64,000 nt of DNA, from NCBI GenBank assembly GCA_051362555.1, contig CM120640.1, positions 310,001 through 374,000 on the forward strand, given 5' to 3'. This stretch comes from Lingula anatina (lineage: Eukaryota > Animalia > Brachiopoda). Positions 13,326-27,000 of this stretch are shown here, one piece after another. The first letter of the stretch is position 1. Each line of letters begins with the position of its first letter. The notes under the pieces are model-generated. The model was not told where the DNA came from, searched no databases, and saw only the letters and a list, made by a program, of their open reading frames with translations. The position numbers and the translations under genes were made by a program.

Positions 13326-16300
13326 CTAGTGAGTGATTCCAATGACACCACAGGCCAGCCTACCCCCAGCATTGCCTGTTTTCAAACTTTCCTCATTTCC
13401 ACCTTTACCAAGGTCATCTTGACCTTCATGAACCTAGAGCAAAGAAAAGGCAGATTTCAAAATATCAGTTTTTAAAATTTCTAACTGGTGCTACTTTAAG
13501 TTTTTTCAAAATTACAATGGTTTCTTCTGACAAAAATTTGACTTCGGTGTAAAACTGTATTACACAGAGCCATTTGAGTATATTTAATGAGCAAAATTCC
13601 CAAGATAAATATAGAATTCTTACTTGAAAAACTTACCAGGAGACTGAAAATTTTACTTACCACAATGGTTCTTCCAATTACAGAGTTTGGTCCAGTCAGT
13701 GTCACCAGTTTGTCTGTGATAGCCACTGTAGCTTTACCATCACTCCCTGCTTTGATATTACCAAGATCACCAAAGTGCCTGAAATTATGTCAAATATCTG
13801 ACATTAATAGCTTTACCAGATGTCACTCCCTGTCTTGAATTACACCTCAACCCTACTTTTAAGGGTGAAATACACTCAATTTTCCAGGCTTTATTTCTCC
13901 AGTGCTACAAGAGAAATATATAGCTATGCTAACTAGCTTGTGTGATGGATTTTCATAAAATTATCCTTTCCCAGCCACTGCTGCAATGACTATCAATACT
14001 CTAATTGTTTGACTCCAGTCCTTAGGGTAATTTTGCAATAGAACAGATTCACTCTCGTAAGTTTTTTAAACATCACATAACTAAGTTTTGCTCCTTCTTT
14101 GTTGTTTTTGTGCTTTAATAGTGTGCATGTGTTGAGTTATAAATAAAATTCCACTAAAACATTTTACTGTAGTAATACAAGCTTTGTTATAAGTTTTTTT
14201 TTTATTTCATTTGAGTGATTTCTTCTCTGTATCATTACAATCATTGGCCTGCGTAGACATTCACAAGGTTAAGTTGACACAATAAGTATCAGAGGATTTT
14301 CAGTGTGGGCATTTGATGCCTCTTAGTTGTATACAACACACTAGAATGCTTGTCTTTCCTGGAACTCCATCTACACTCACCAACTCACACCTGAGTGAAA
14401 GTGAAAGTGAAAGTGCTTTGAAAGGAAAATCTTAGTGTGTTACTGAGCTGAGATAGCTGACTTCTTTAAGAAGTGTGATCTGTGGGAAACCCAGTTTTCC
14501 AAGAAGACTATATTCCATCCAGGGCTTAGGTTTTCCTCATGTTATTTTTAGAACAGATAACATAGTATGCTCTGTTTTGATATACATGTAAATTACTTCA
14601 AAAAGCCCTTTTAATGTTGATAAACCTCTGCAACTAATCAGACTTATTTGCAAATTAGATATCCTTTTGTCTGAAATATAAACGTGTCTCTCAGCTTGGA
14701 GTCTGAAATATAACATGAATTTTTTTGTTTGTACTTTATTGTAATGTTTGAATGGAAGATTTATTTTCTCCTTCATTTTTGCCTTCTAGGGTGAAAAATC
14801 CTTCAATATATTGAAATAATTTTAATCCATTCTCTCGCTGAATGTTATCAGATTAACAGATGAATACGCCTCCTTGTTTCCAATGTACTAGTATGATTGC
14901 CAACTTCTCTTTGATCTAGCCAATACCAGGAGCAGTGTTTCCCCTGCACTTAAATGAGCGAGGCGCCCGCCTCGCTGAAATTTGCAAGCGCCTCGCTGAA
15001 ATTTGTCAAAAGCACCGCCTCGTTCGGCTGAATGGAACGACAAAGTATATTTTCACTCATGCTAACTGAAAATTATATTTATTTCTAAGCAAATATGGCA
15101 TTTTCTGTTTACATACGTAATCCCATGCTTCTGAGCACTTGATTTAGCAGTAACGGAAATACGCATGCGCGTATGCCTAAAAATAACAAGCAGTTACTAT
15201 CTCCCTGTAAGTGCCTCGTTTTCGCAGTTCTGTGAAGTATGAGAGACGCAGCGAAACGAGGCAACTGTTCTTGACACCATTTAATCACGTGTCAAGAATA
15301 CACTTTCTCTGTCACTTCATGTTCCGAAATTCAGACTGCCTGTTGTTTGTTTTTATAGTTTACGAATATTCACTGATAAACAAGGCAGCAAAGCTGTCAA
15401 ATGTACAGACAAAAAACAGGAAATAACTATGCACAAAATAGGCTACTGTCAATTCTGATGCAAAAGTACATTATGTTAAACTGCAAATTCAACATCAAAT
15501 TTTAATTATGCTCAACAGGTAATACCAATGTAAGTAAAATGTGTAACAAGTTCACACTTTGTATATGTATAACTTCCAGAAAAAGAAGCCAATTAGACTG
15601 CTTTTCCAACTCAGGCTGCATTTAAGTCCTGTATTTCTTTTATTGAAAGTAAGGCAATCATAAGTAACATGATTTTCCCATAATGGTCCTCATGGCAGCA
15701 GTGCCCAAAATACTTTTTTTCAAATTTTGATGCAATATTACATAATGTTTAACAGCATAATGACCATCAATTTTAATAATAAAATATTAGTATTATGGAT
15801 ATTCAGAAAATGTGACTAGCAAAGGTCTTCAGGCCCATGGAACTTCAAGTCACAACTTGAAAATGCCAAAATGTAAACAAGACAGCACTGTTCTGAAATG
15901 TTTTTTTTTTTATTTTTTATAATTTTTAACATAACACAAAATTAACAGTTTACTGCCGTTTTTATATGATCAACTAAGAAAATTGATGAGATGGGGAAAA
16001 TATCAATAGAGCAGTGTTAAATGTCCAATTTCTTCCATTCTGAGATTCTGAACATAGTGAATGATTGAATCTGACAAACTGCAATGATATGAGTTTATTT
16101 CCATTTTTGAAACTTTATTACACAATACATGATAACAAGTTTACCATCATTTTTACATAATCAACTAATAATGTTGTAAAGATGCAGGAAATGCCAAACA
16201 AACACTTTTACGTATCTTATTAATTAAATAATGAAACTGTTAACATGCCTAAGAATTGAATCTGAGGAAATGTGAAAAAACGGCATTTTTTTAAAATAAT

Positions 16301-19300
16301 GGCCCGATTATGCTGTTTTTTTTAACTCAACCTGCGTTTTAGCAGGAATGACCACTCCTGTGAGTTTAATGACAATTGGCCTGTTTTTCTTATATTGTGT
16401 TTACAGTGTTGCATATATGCTGAAAAATGAAAAAACAGCATAACTACTAAAATAGTGGCCCGATCATGCTGATTTTCGAACTTGATCTGCATTTTATGAA
16501 TATTCATCAGCTCTGTAAATATACAGTCAAAAAGTAAAATTGCCTTCCACTTATCCTGTTTACAATGAAAGTGCACGGCACCAGCGACAGTGACGACGGC
16601 GACGACAGACGCAGGTGATGGCAATATGTACAGACACATCTGTACATATTTACTGTACTGTTTGAGAACAGTAAGTGACATGGTTTTTCTTAAATGCTCA
16701 TCATGGGAGCAGTGCCCAAAATAGATTTTTTTCAAATTTTGATGCAATATTACATAATGTTTAACAGCATAATGACCATCAATTTCTAATAATAAAATAT
16801 TAGTATCATGGATATTCAGAAAATGTGACTAGCAAAGGTCTTCAGGCCCATGGAACTTCAAAGTCACAACTTGAAAATGCCAAAATGTAAACAAGACAGC
16901 ACTGTTCTGAAATGTTTTTTTTTTTTCCATTTTTAACAATTTTTTAAACATAAAACAAAATTAACAGGTTACTGCCATTTTTATACGATCAACTAAGAAA
17001 ATTGATGAGATGGGAAAAATATCAATACAACAGTGTTAAATGTCCAATTTCCTCCATTCTGAGATTCTGAACATAGTGAATGATTAAATCTGACAAACTG
17101 CAATGATATGAGTTTGTTTCCATTTTTGAAACTTTATTACACAATACAAGATAACAAGTTTACCATCATTTTTACATAATCAACTAATAATGTTGTAAAG
17201 ATGCAGGAAATGTCAACCAAACACTTTTACATGTCTTATTAGTTAAATAATAAGACTGTTAACATGCCTAAGAATTGAATCTGAGGAAATGTGAAACAAG
17301 ACAGCACTGTTCTGACATGGGTTTATTTCCATTTTTAACACTTTTTTTAACATAAAACAAAATAAACAGTTTACTGCCATTTTTATAGCATCAACTAAGA
17401 TAATTGATGAGATGGGAAAATATCAATAGAATAGTGTTAAATGTCCAATTTCCTCCATTCTGAGATTCTGAACATAGTGAATGATTGAATCTGACAAACT
17501 GCAATGATATGAGTTTATTTCCATTTTTGACACTTTATTACACAATACACGATAACAAGTTTACCATCATTTTTACATAATCTACTAACAATGTTGTAAA
17601 GATGCAGGAAATGTCAAACAAACACTTTAATGTATCTTATTAGTAAAATAATAAGACTGTTAACATGCCTAAGAATTGAATCTGAGGAAATGTGAAAAAA
17701 CAGCATAACTTCTAAAATAATGGCCCGATTATGCTGATTTTCGAACTCAACCTGCGTTTTAGTAAGATTGACCACTCCTGTGAGTTTAATGACAATTGGC
17801 CCATCTGTTTTTCTTAAATTGTGTTTACAGTGTTGCACATATGCTGAAAAAAGGAAAAAACAGCATAACTACTAAAATAGTGGCCCGATCATGCCCATTT
17901 TCGGACTTGACCTGCGTTTTAAAAAGATTGATTACTTCTCTGAGTTTCATGACAACAGGCCTAACGGTTTTCCTTAAAATGTGTTTACAGGGTTGCATAT
18001 ATGCTGAAAAGTGAAAAAACAGCATAACTTCTACAATAATGGCCCGATCATGCTGATTTTCGAACTTGACCTGCGTTTTATGAATATTCATCAGCTCTGT
18101 AAATATAAAACCAAAAAATAAAACTGTGTTCCACTTATCGTGTTTACAGTGAAAGTGCACGGCGACGGCATCGCCATCGGCATCGGCATCGGCATCGGCG
18201 ACGACGGCGACGACAGACGCAGGTGATGGCAATATGTACAGACACATCTGTGTCTGTACATAAAAAGGAGCAAATAAAGTGGCCTTCGTTGTTTTTATAA
18301 ACTTGGAGAAGATTTTCTATTGATTTACGGGTAAGTTTTGTGAAAGCAGTAGCGTTGTAAAACTGGGTCACGTCAGTATTTCGCGTGGAAACCTATGCAT
18401 TGAATATGAATTCCCATGACCGAATAGAACCATATAAATGAATAAACGAAGAACTAAAATTGATGATAAGTGTGATTTTCATCTCTTTAATTCCGAAGAA
18501 TTCATTTAACGGTGTTTGAAGTTGTTGATTATAAATTACATCTCAAACTACGTAGGCCTATAACTAGTAGCGGGAGTCGCTTTGCGCTGAACGACAATTA
18601 AGGGAGAGAACTTTTTGAAGCAGTTTTATATTAGGATGAAGCGCTCCCACACGCAAAGTCAATTGACCAGTTACTTTCAGAAATGTAAAAACGGTAAGAA
18701 CAACATATTTTATCAACTTTTTGGTCAATTTGAAAATAATTCAATGTAGTAAGCCCTTTTTCTTGTTTCTTGTAAGTATTAACTTTTTTTTTGAAAGTAC
18801 TAACTTTTTTTTTCTTGAAAGAGTATGTTCTATAAACCGAAAAGGACTAAACTGAGTGAATGCATACTGGAAAATAAATTTTGTCCAAACCTTTGTTATG
18901 TCATTACTGAATTTACTCCTCAAAACATCTAAAACAAGACAATTCAGTGCCACATAAAATGTAAAAAAAATCAGTTCTAAATACCCTAAAATGCACCAAA
19001 TTGCACCTCGATTAAAAAAATTTTCCGGGGGGGCATGCCCCCGGACCCCCCTAGTATTGCTGGGATCGCGGATTGCCTACCACCTCGCAGAGCTTGAAAG
19101 CCAGGGGAAACACTGCCAGGAGGAAGCATATTAGGCTGTACTCCCAGAGCTTTTAGATCGACCTATCCCTGCGGGGAGTCTCATTAGATTACTGTCAGAT
19201 AATCCGGCTTAAATGTCCGTCCCGCCTACTGCAAGCTGTAAGAGGGTAATTAACTTTCATGTCCGCTCGGCTGACAGCTATTTAGCGTGAACCCCCAGGG

Positions 19301-19918
19301 AGTTAGGTCGATCTAAAGTAGATCGATCTAATCTCTGGAAATGGGGTGTTAGACTGACTGCATTCAGCAAGTCCCAGTGGAGCAAGTTAGCTATTCTAAT
19401 CCTACCTGTTTTCATCATCAGGTCCACCATGAGTCTTTCCTGATGGATTAAAATGTGGGCCGGCACTGGTACAACCTATAACCATGTAACAATATATCAT
19501 GTAAATATTTATTATAACAGAACAATCCACAGGAGAACTACATAATGTTCCCTACATTGAAATTACATGCAATTAAGATAATTTCAAGACCCAACAGTCT
19601 TTTTTTTAATCTTAAACTGTCTCTAGTTCCGACAAACATTATTCATTAAGAATATAAGTACAATATGAATACTATATGTGAGTACTATCTGTTAACAAAA
19701 AAATTAATCCTTTCAAATACAAGAGACAAATAAAAACCAAGCTTGTACCATTAGTGTTATCACCAAACTGATGGACATGAAATCCATGCAGTCCTTCTTT
19801 CAGCCCAGTCACCTCACCAGTCACTTTGCATGGGCCATCAGCACTCTAAAATAATAATAAAAATATAAATTACTACTTGGCATTCTTCCCATGAGTTTAA
19901 GTGTGAGTTACATATGTA

Positions 19919-19953
<35 letters not shown>

Positions 19954-20393
19954 TACAAATTATTCAAATTTATCACCTATCACAGTGACATCCTAACTTA
20001 GTAAACAGATGTTTCCTCGATAAGATGTGACCGGTAGGTTGGTAAATTTCAGTTTATTTGACACATGAAATTTTTTACTTTGTGCACTAACCAATCGTGC
20101 ATTTCTTGTAAGTGAAATACAAATGAAATAATCTAATTCTTTGAGTCAGTCATGGGAAAATCTTTGATGCATATGTTCTAAATTGTGGACATGTGAAAAT
20201 TGGATGCCAAAGAAATATAAATAAAAGAGAGTTTCCAGTAGACACGGCAACAAGCGGGAACAGTCACGCCGTCGCCGGCGTCCTTGACCATTACAAAGAC
20301 CGAATATGTGTGAACTCATACCGTTTGTTCGAAATACACAGTTCCTATCACATCTGTAGCTCCCTTCAGGACGCAAACAGCCTTCAATGCCAT
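13326..20393 (-). CDS. SOD1: Cu/Zn superoxide dismutase, 154 codons, 5 exons
   Basis: Exons 20393-20322 ([11 protein letters not shown]), 19845-19749 ([16 protein letters not shown]), 19475-19406 ([14 protein letters not shown]), 13778-13661 ([17 protein letters not shown]), 13433-13326 ([32 protein letters not shown]). All introns GT-AG. Metal-ligand His/Asp and disulfide Cys present. Confidence 0.98.
14933..19115. mobile_element. Non-autonomous hAT-like DNA transposon in SOD1 intron 3, interrupted by a Helentron insertion
   Basis: 14-bp TIRs CAGTGTTTCCCCTG (14933) and CAGGGGAAACACTG (ends 19115). Direct repeat CCAGGAG on both flanks (14926-14932, 19116-19122). GC-rich subterminal motif ccgggggggcatgcccccggacccccc. 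No transposase ORF. Confidence 0.8.
15378..18266 (-). mobile_element. Non-autonomous Helentron (HINE/pearl-like) copy A
   Basis: 5' hairpin ATGTACAGACACAGATGTGTCTGTACAT, GCCGTC/GCCGAT microsatellite, ~160-bp internal repeats, 3' subTIR TGTCTGTACAT plus stem-loop GACAGCTTTGCTGCC plus TTGTTT. Inserted in a T-run with no TSD. Confidence 0.8.
19133..19353. mobile_element. Degenerate MITE-like inverted-repeat element
   Basis: tttagatcgaccta (~19152) pairs with taggtcgatctaaa (~19304). Shares motifs such as cgcctactg with 46209-46430. Confidence 0.5.
19920..19950. repeat. Poly-G tract in SOD1 intron 1
   Basis: About 31 consecutive G. Confidence 0.9.
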
Positions 20394-20715
20394 GATTTTT
20401 GTACGATGACAGGCAGTGGAATGCTAAAATACCGCGAACTAAACTGCAATTACTCAGCACTTCGGATAACCTCAGCTCTGTCTTGACCCCGTGACCTACT
20501 TCTCAAAACGAGGAGGCTAGAATGACGCTAGAGGGCAGCGTTAAAAGTGTCTTTTATTCTGTAAATCAACATTTGCGGTGTATTTTTATTGAAAGAAATA
20601 AATTAACGAAAATGCAAGATCCCAAAGAAGTCATATACGCTCTGACATGAATTTATCACAAATAACATGTTTCAATTCTAAGTCTGTCTTGCAACTAAGC
20701 GCACCCACTACCGGC
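20394..20715. promoter_or_regulatory. Putative bidirectional promoter and 5' UTRs shared by SOD1 and XPO4
   Basis: Divergent ATGs at 20393 (-) and 20716 (+) are separated by only 322 bp. Confidence 0.7.
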
Positions 20716-22259
20716 ATGGCGGAAGAGTTGTTGAGGGAGTTTGAGCAGGCGGCACAGTTTGTCTTGGTAAGTTAAGATAGGCGAAGTTCATAGGATGTCA
20801 AACTATATCTTATCTACTTGCTGAATGTGTAGTCATATGAACATGGCTAGTTTAGTGTATGCGTTGTTAATTATATAATAACAAATCATAAGGTATTCAC
20901 AGTACATGCTGTTTCTGGGTCCCTGTTTCTGTAAACATCGCCAAGCGAGATAATTCATGCGTTAGCACTTTTAAGGATGGTCTCTGGTATGTACTGTTGT
21001 GCATGAAAGATATAGGTGCTTAAATCTGTAAAATGACGACCAGCTTTCGTGTCCACCGTGATGCGGTAGCTCCCAAATCTTTATCTCACCTCTCATCTTC
21101 TCAACTCGCCAAGTTCTGTAAAGCCAAGTAGTTTTTGTGTTGTAATTGACCGCTGAGAGGTCTGGCGCTTATAAACTGGCAAGGGACATCAATGAAGTGC
21201 ACCACATTTAACCTGCTCTTGGACTTTTTTGAGCACACTCTTATTTCACCATCTGGAATCTTTACTTGTAGCATAGAACACGAAAGCCTTATAAATGTAC
21301 AGTTTACCTTCATATTCAACTGAAGATTTTGATGCTTTGTGTTTAAGGCTCCTCCCACAGTTATAAACAATGAACAGAGACATGCTGCTGAGAGTGTCTT
21401 TCTTAATTTTCGCAAGTCAAAGCTACCGTACCAAACTTGCAAATACATCCTTGGTAAGTTGTTGTGAATGGCAGAAGCTTTTTTGTATTACTCAGTACTT
21501 AAATAAATTGATTTTATCTCCATTTTTTTTTATTGATGATATTTAATGTAAGAACAAGTAACAATTAAATTGGGTGTCCAGAAATATGTGAAACAGTTTT
21601 TTTAAATAAATACACATTTCATAAGTTGCTAAAAGGATAAATTTTGATTTTTATTTTAAATTTCGAAGACATAAATAAGTGCATTGCTTACTGTTAAGAT
21701 GATAAGAATTAATATTTGTTTCTTCAGAGACCTGCAAGAATGACTACGTGCTATTCCAAGCAGCGTCTACTATAAAGGAGAGTGTAGTTAGAGAGTGGAC
21801 TGTTCTGGACACTGGGGATATTGCCTCACTGAGATCTTTTCTGCTGCAATATATCACTGGACACACTCAGTAAGAACAAACAGAGACAATGAACTTATCA
21901 CAGGTTTCTTGTCATTAGATATTCTGTATAAGTTGCATATAATTATGATGATCCTAGAACTTTTTACATCAACAATAATACAGTATTAATAGTACTAAAA
22001 ATCTTAGTTTTTTCAAAAAGGATTGTCAAAGAATTCTTTTGAAATATGATACTGAAAGGTTTAGAGTGCTTTTAAGATTAAGCGTTTTTAAAATTCAGAT
22101 TTTTGTTTCCAGTTTACAGAACTATGTAAGAGAGCAATGTGTCCTTGCTGTAGCAGTCATAATAAAAAGAGGAACTTTAGACCTGAAGGGTGGTGATAGA
22201 AGCAGCCTTTTTAATGAAGTCACTCAACTGATCAGCAGTGGAGACTTGTCTATGGTGAG

Positions 22260-22312
<53 letters not shown>

Positions 22313-23995
22313 AGTGTGTGTGTGTGTATGCGTGTGTGAGATCTCTATGGTGAGCTGTGCTTTGTGTATGTACTGTATCTGTGTCTGTGTGTGATTTGTG
22401 TGTACGTGCACGCGTGTGTATGCATGTGTGTGTGATACCCATCTATTGTGAGCTGTGTGTATACATATGTGTGTACACGCATGCATCTGTGTGTGAGACC
22501 TGTCTATGGTAAGCTTCTGTAACTTAATGTGATGAAGTCTTTGTGTCCGTGATTGTGTTTCATTAAAATTCTCACTAACAGATCTCTATAAAGCATTTTG
22601 TGAAGATTTGGAGGCACTTTAGGTAATATTTGTGATCACATTTCAGCAATTGATAGCCTGCAGTATCCTGACTGCTCTGTTAAATGAGTACTCCAGCACC
22701 AGTCACTCCAGTAATGTGGGTCTCACATGGGAGTTCCACAGCAAGTGTAAAAAGACATTTGAGGTACTGTGTAGAACTCAGAAGTGGCTTGAAAATGGAT
22801 ATATATGTTTTATATTTCCTCAATAAGATGCGACCACTCAGTTGGTAAATTAAAGTTAATTTGACAGATGAAAATCTTTTAGTTTCTGTTTAAATAATCA
22901 GTTGTGTATAAGATGTAGGCAACTGTGCATCTCTTGTAATAGGTGAAATAGAAGTGCAATTGTCCCAATTTTTTTTATCAGTTATGGGATAATCTTTGAT
23001 GTAAATGTTATAAATTATGAATTGGTGCAAATTGGATGTCAAACAAATATAAATACATGGATATTTTTCTTACCAGGTTCATGATTTGAAGCAGGTATTT
23101 CTGTTCTGCCTACAAGTCCTCCATGAATGTGAACGGTGTGCTGAGCCACTGGGACGTGACACCACCGTCTTACTGAACAGGTTTCTGGCCATCACGGAAC
23201 AGGTCTTAAACTGGGAGTTCACACCCAATAGACATATCCTTTTGATTAAAGTAGTGAGACTGCATGTTTTTATATTCAAGCTGTATTAATACTGAAATAC
23301 TGTGCGATAACTTAAAAGAAAAAGACTTTTATTTCAACGCTGTTTTATTATTAAAATGCTGTGCTATATTCTTTTGCCAGCTAGATCATTTTTACCAAGA
23401 ATACTGTATCTGCATCTTGAATTGTGAAATTTTATTGAAAGTATCGGAATAAGAAGTCATTTTCTTCATAGTAATTAGCAAATTTTCAAAGTTTAGTGTT
23501 ATTTTTTTATGTTAAGCAACTTTTACTGACATAAATATGCCACAGATTTCTTTTTCTACTTTAAAAGTTAAAAAGTTTAAAAGTTAAATTCAGAGACGGA
23601 GTAATTTATATGTTTTTTCTTAACGATTTTCCACCTCGCCGCCATATTGGTTCATTTCAAGGCACCCAGAGTGTGTCTTTTAAGCCCAGTGAACACTGGA
23701 GAGACACCATATTAGACAAGAACTTGATCCAGTTTCTTTTCAAGGTATTTAAAACAATTTTATTATAACAACCATATTATACAAGAGCTTGATCCAGTTT
23801 CTTTTTAAGGTATTTAAAACAATTTTGTTGTAACAATGGAAATGAAGCTACAAGCTATTCAAAGATCTTTTAGTAAAGATCATGTATAAATTGAAATTAT
23901 GTTCTTACAAGATTATTTAATGTACAGAACATTCTACTTACAACTTTGTTATGAAGTTAATGATTGACTGAAAAGCAGAAGAATGTATATCTGCC

Positions 23996-24031
<36 letters not shown>

Positions 24032-27000
24032 ACTTTATATTATATTATAGATAGATAGATAGATAGATAGTCTATATTCCTTTACTGTTTAAATTTATTG
24101 TGGACACCTTTCAATTTTCCCCTTCACTGGGATTCTCAGACATGATTTTTCACCTAGGTCTTCAGGCCTTTGAGCCATTTCTTTCTGCTTTGTCTTACCA
24201 CCCACAATCATATTTGGGTTCTGTTAATTAACAACCTTTTTTCCCCTGAAGTTACTTCTGTTTAGATCACAAGTGACTTGAACTATAAACAGGGTTGCTA
24301 AATAATAACCAGAGTCAGCTAGTTATTTCACATAATTGTATTTTGTGTGGTTCACATGTTCAGGTCCATTGTAAAGTGCGTCACAATTCGGAGATGGCCC
24401 ACCATAGCCTGCAGTGTCTGGCACAGCTGGCTTCACTCAATGGCTCTGTGTTTGTGGATGACAGTAGCTGCAGAGAATACTTGACCCACTTTATACAGGA
24501 GATGTTATCTACTTTTTCTGGGTAAGGATAAAAGAGTATATTTTAAAGGGATATATTTTATAATGTTTACATAGTTTAAAGTTGATTTTAATGTGAAGTT
24601 AAAATATTTCATCAGTTGTATAATTGTTTATGCACAATTCTGTTTAGTCAAAAATTAGAATGGAGATTCCCCTTTAATAATAATAAATTAATAATAATAA
24701 TAATAATTAAATAGTAGTCTGAGGTAGAGTAACTGAAATGTATTACACATTTATTTGTTTATGATTTAGTAATAAAACCAAACACATCTCTAACCTCAAC
24801 TTCAAGACAAAACATATCTTTAACTTCATCTGTTAACTTTATACATGATTTCATTTATATATGGGACATATTTCGTCAGAGATTAAAAATAACTTCTGAA
24901 GTAACCTGTAATTTATCCACTTATTCCCCAGTTTAACTTTACACTTATTCCTTCTTTTTAGGAATGGCATCCCTGACTTTGAGGCCCTGGGTTTGGCCAC
25001 CATGTTGATGAACCTGTCCACCATGTTTTCTGGCTCTGTGTTCGTCTCCATTCCACAAGACACACTTGCCTTGTACTTCAGTTTCCTCGCCAAGGTGACC
25101 TGTGATTTTGGCAGAGCGGCAGTGGCCCAGGAGGCTGTAAGTTGTCATGTTTTCTAAGGTGACCTGTGACTTCAGCAGGGCCACAGTGGCCCAGGAAGCT
25201 ATACATTGTCATGTGTTCTAAGGGAGTCTGATAGTCTTGTTAAGTGTGTAAATATTTCTTTTGTTAAGACTGGAACTTAGATCAGCATCAATGTTGCAGC
25301 TGCTGGTTCTGTTTTCTAGGGAATATTAGAACTAATGTCATATTAATGATTGCAATTAAAGACTTTCTGGATGTTCTACATCATCTGCAAGCAAGACACT
25401 GCTACCAGTGCTTGCATGTTGTTTTACTTGAGAGTGAGAGGAGTCAGTACTTTGTGTTCACATGCTTGTAGAATGATAGTGTTTTTAAGTTGTAAAGATA
25501 AAACAGTTCAGAAAATCCATTATAACCAGCTGCTGTTTTCCTACTTCAGATGCACAGAGACAGCACAATGTACATGGAAGCCTTTGAGAAGGCCCTTGAA
25601 TCCTGGATGTTGTTCCTCTCTGATTCCAGCCTCTTTCCCACAGAGAGGCTCCACTCCCATGTGATCCAGGTGTTCAACATGTATCTCCAGTGTCACCTCA
25701 GCCCACCTGACGGAACAAGAAACCAGGTAACATGGGCTTAGATTTTTAAAATAAATATGTGTTTTTTTGTGATCTTTAGTAAAAATTCATTAAACAGAAA
25801 TGTGGCTATAAGCAAAAGGTTATCAATTTTGATGTATACTTTATGTGCTCTGTATATTTTGAAGAAGTTACACTGAGCAGTGATAATATTTACATGAGCA
25901 GTGGTTGATTTGTCCTTTTTTATTCGTGAACTAAGAGAGAAGATGGAGGAACAGATGAAGATGATGAGGAGATAGAAGAGACGGAGGAAGATGACAGGGA
26001 AAAGTTCCGAGAACAGTTGTGTAGCGTAGCAGCATTTGGTAGGAGAGCTCCGCAGCATACTGTGCAGCTTCTTGCCAAGTGAGAAAACTATTGAATCCAT
26101 TAATTGTGAAAATGTGACACTATGGATAGTATGCACAACAGGAAATAGGATTGTATATTTTTGGTATATTTTAGGGATAGTTTATAGATAGTTTGTTTCT
26201 GGATGTGATTTACTACATTAACTCATTATATCTTTTTAAGGGCAATCAAAAATAAAATAAATAATGGAGTTGCATTTATTATTCCTGGAAGATATAGCCT
26301 TACATGTGAATTTACGTTTAAAAAATGAGTTATATTTTTCATTGAATTTTAACTTTTTTTGCCTAATTCCCAGACTACTTGAGGAGAGGACTGGCCGACT
26401 GTTTGGCCAGTTACAGCGACTTCATCAGCAGGGACTGTCAGCACCACACTCTGATACTTCCATTTTGAATAATTTAAATGAAGACCTCCACTGGTTACTA
26501 CTAATTACTGGTAAATTAATGGCCTCTGGTGCTACATTAACACAGAAGAACAGATAATTGTTTAAAGATTAGTGTTGTGAGTAGAGTTGGTAATGCTGCC
26601 ACATTGAAGAGAAAAGGAGCGTATAAATTTCTGTTTTGCAGCATTAAGGTTTCATTTTGTTGGTAGTAGTTTATTCCTTGTTAACGTGAAAGATTGGACA
26701 TGCTTTTATGCTTCAGAATAAGAGGGAATGAGGGTATTTGAATACTTGGTTCTCTGGCATCTGGCACAACTGCAACATGCAAGTTGTAGACTAATAGGTT
26801 GATGAGAAAGAATTTTTAAGCAAATATTTCATCCTCATTAATTTTGTCCACAGCTCATGTCCTCACAGATGAGTCAATAGGGGAGACTCCTCTGATTCCG
26901 TCTGAGATCATGGACTTCTCCATTGCCCAGTCGACATCAGTGGACATTCAGACCACGCTGCGGGTACTGGGGTCACCTGGCGACAAGTTTGAGGCTGTGC

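Noticed and set aside
13631-13662. Possible donor echo (acttacca twice) at SOD1 exon 4
   Set aside because: Only 8 bp; compatible with chance.
16322-18371. ORFs [15 protein letters not shown]... recurring at 33654 and elsewhere
   Set aside because: Chance frames through the Helentron 5' end and microsatellite; no Rep/helicase motifs.
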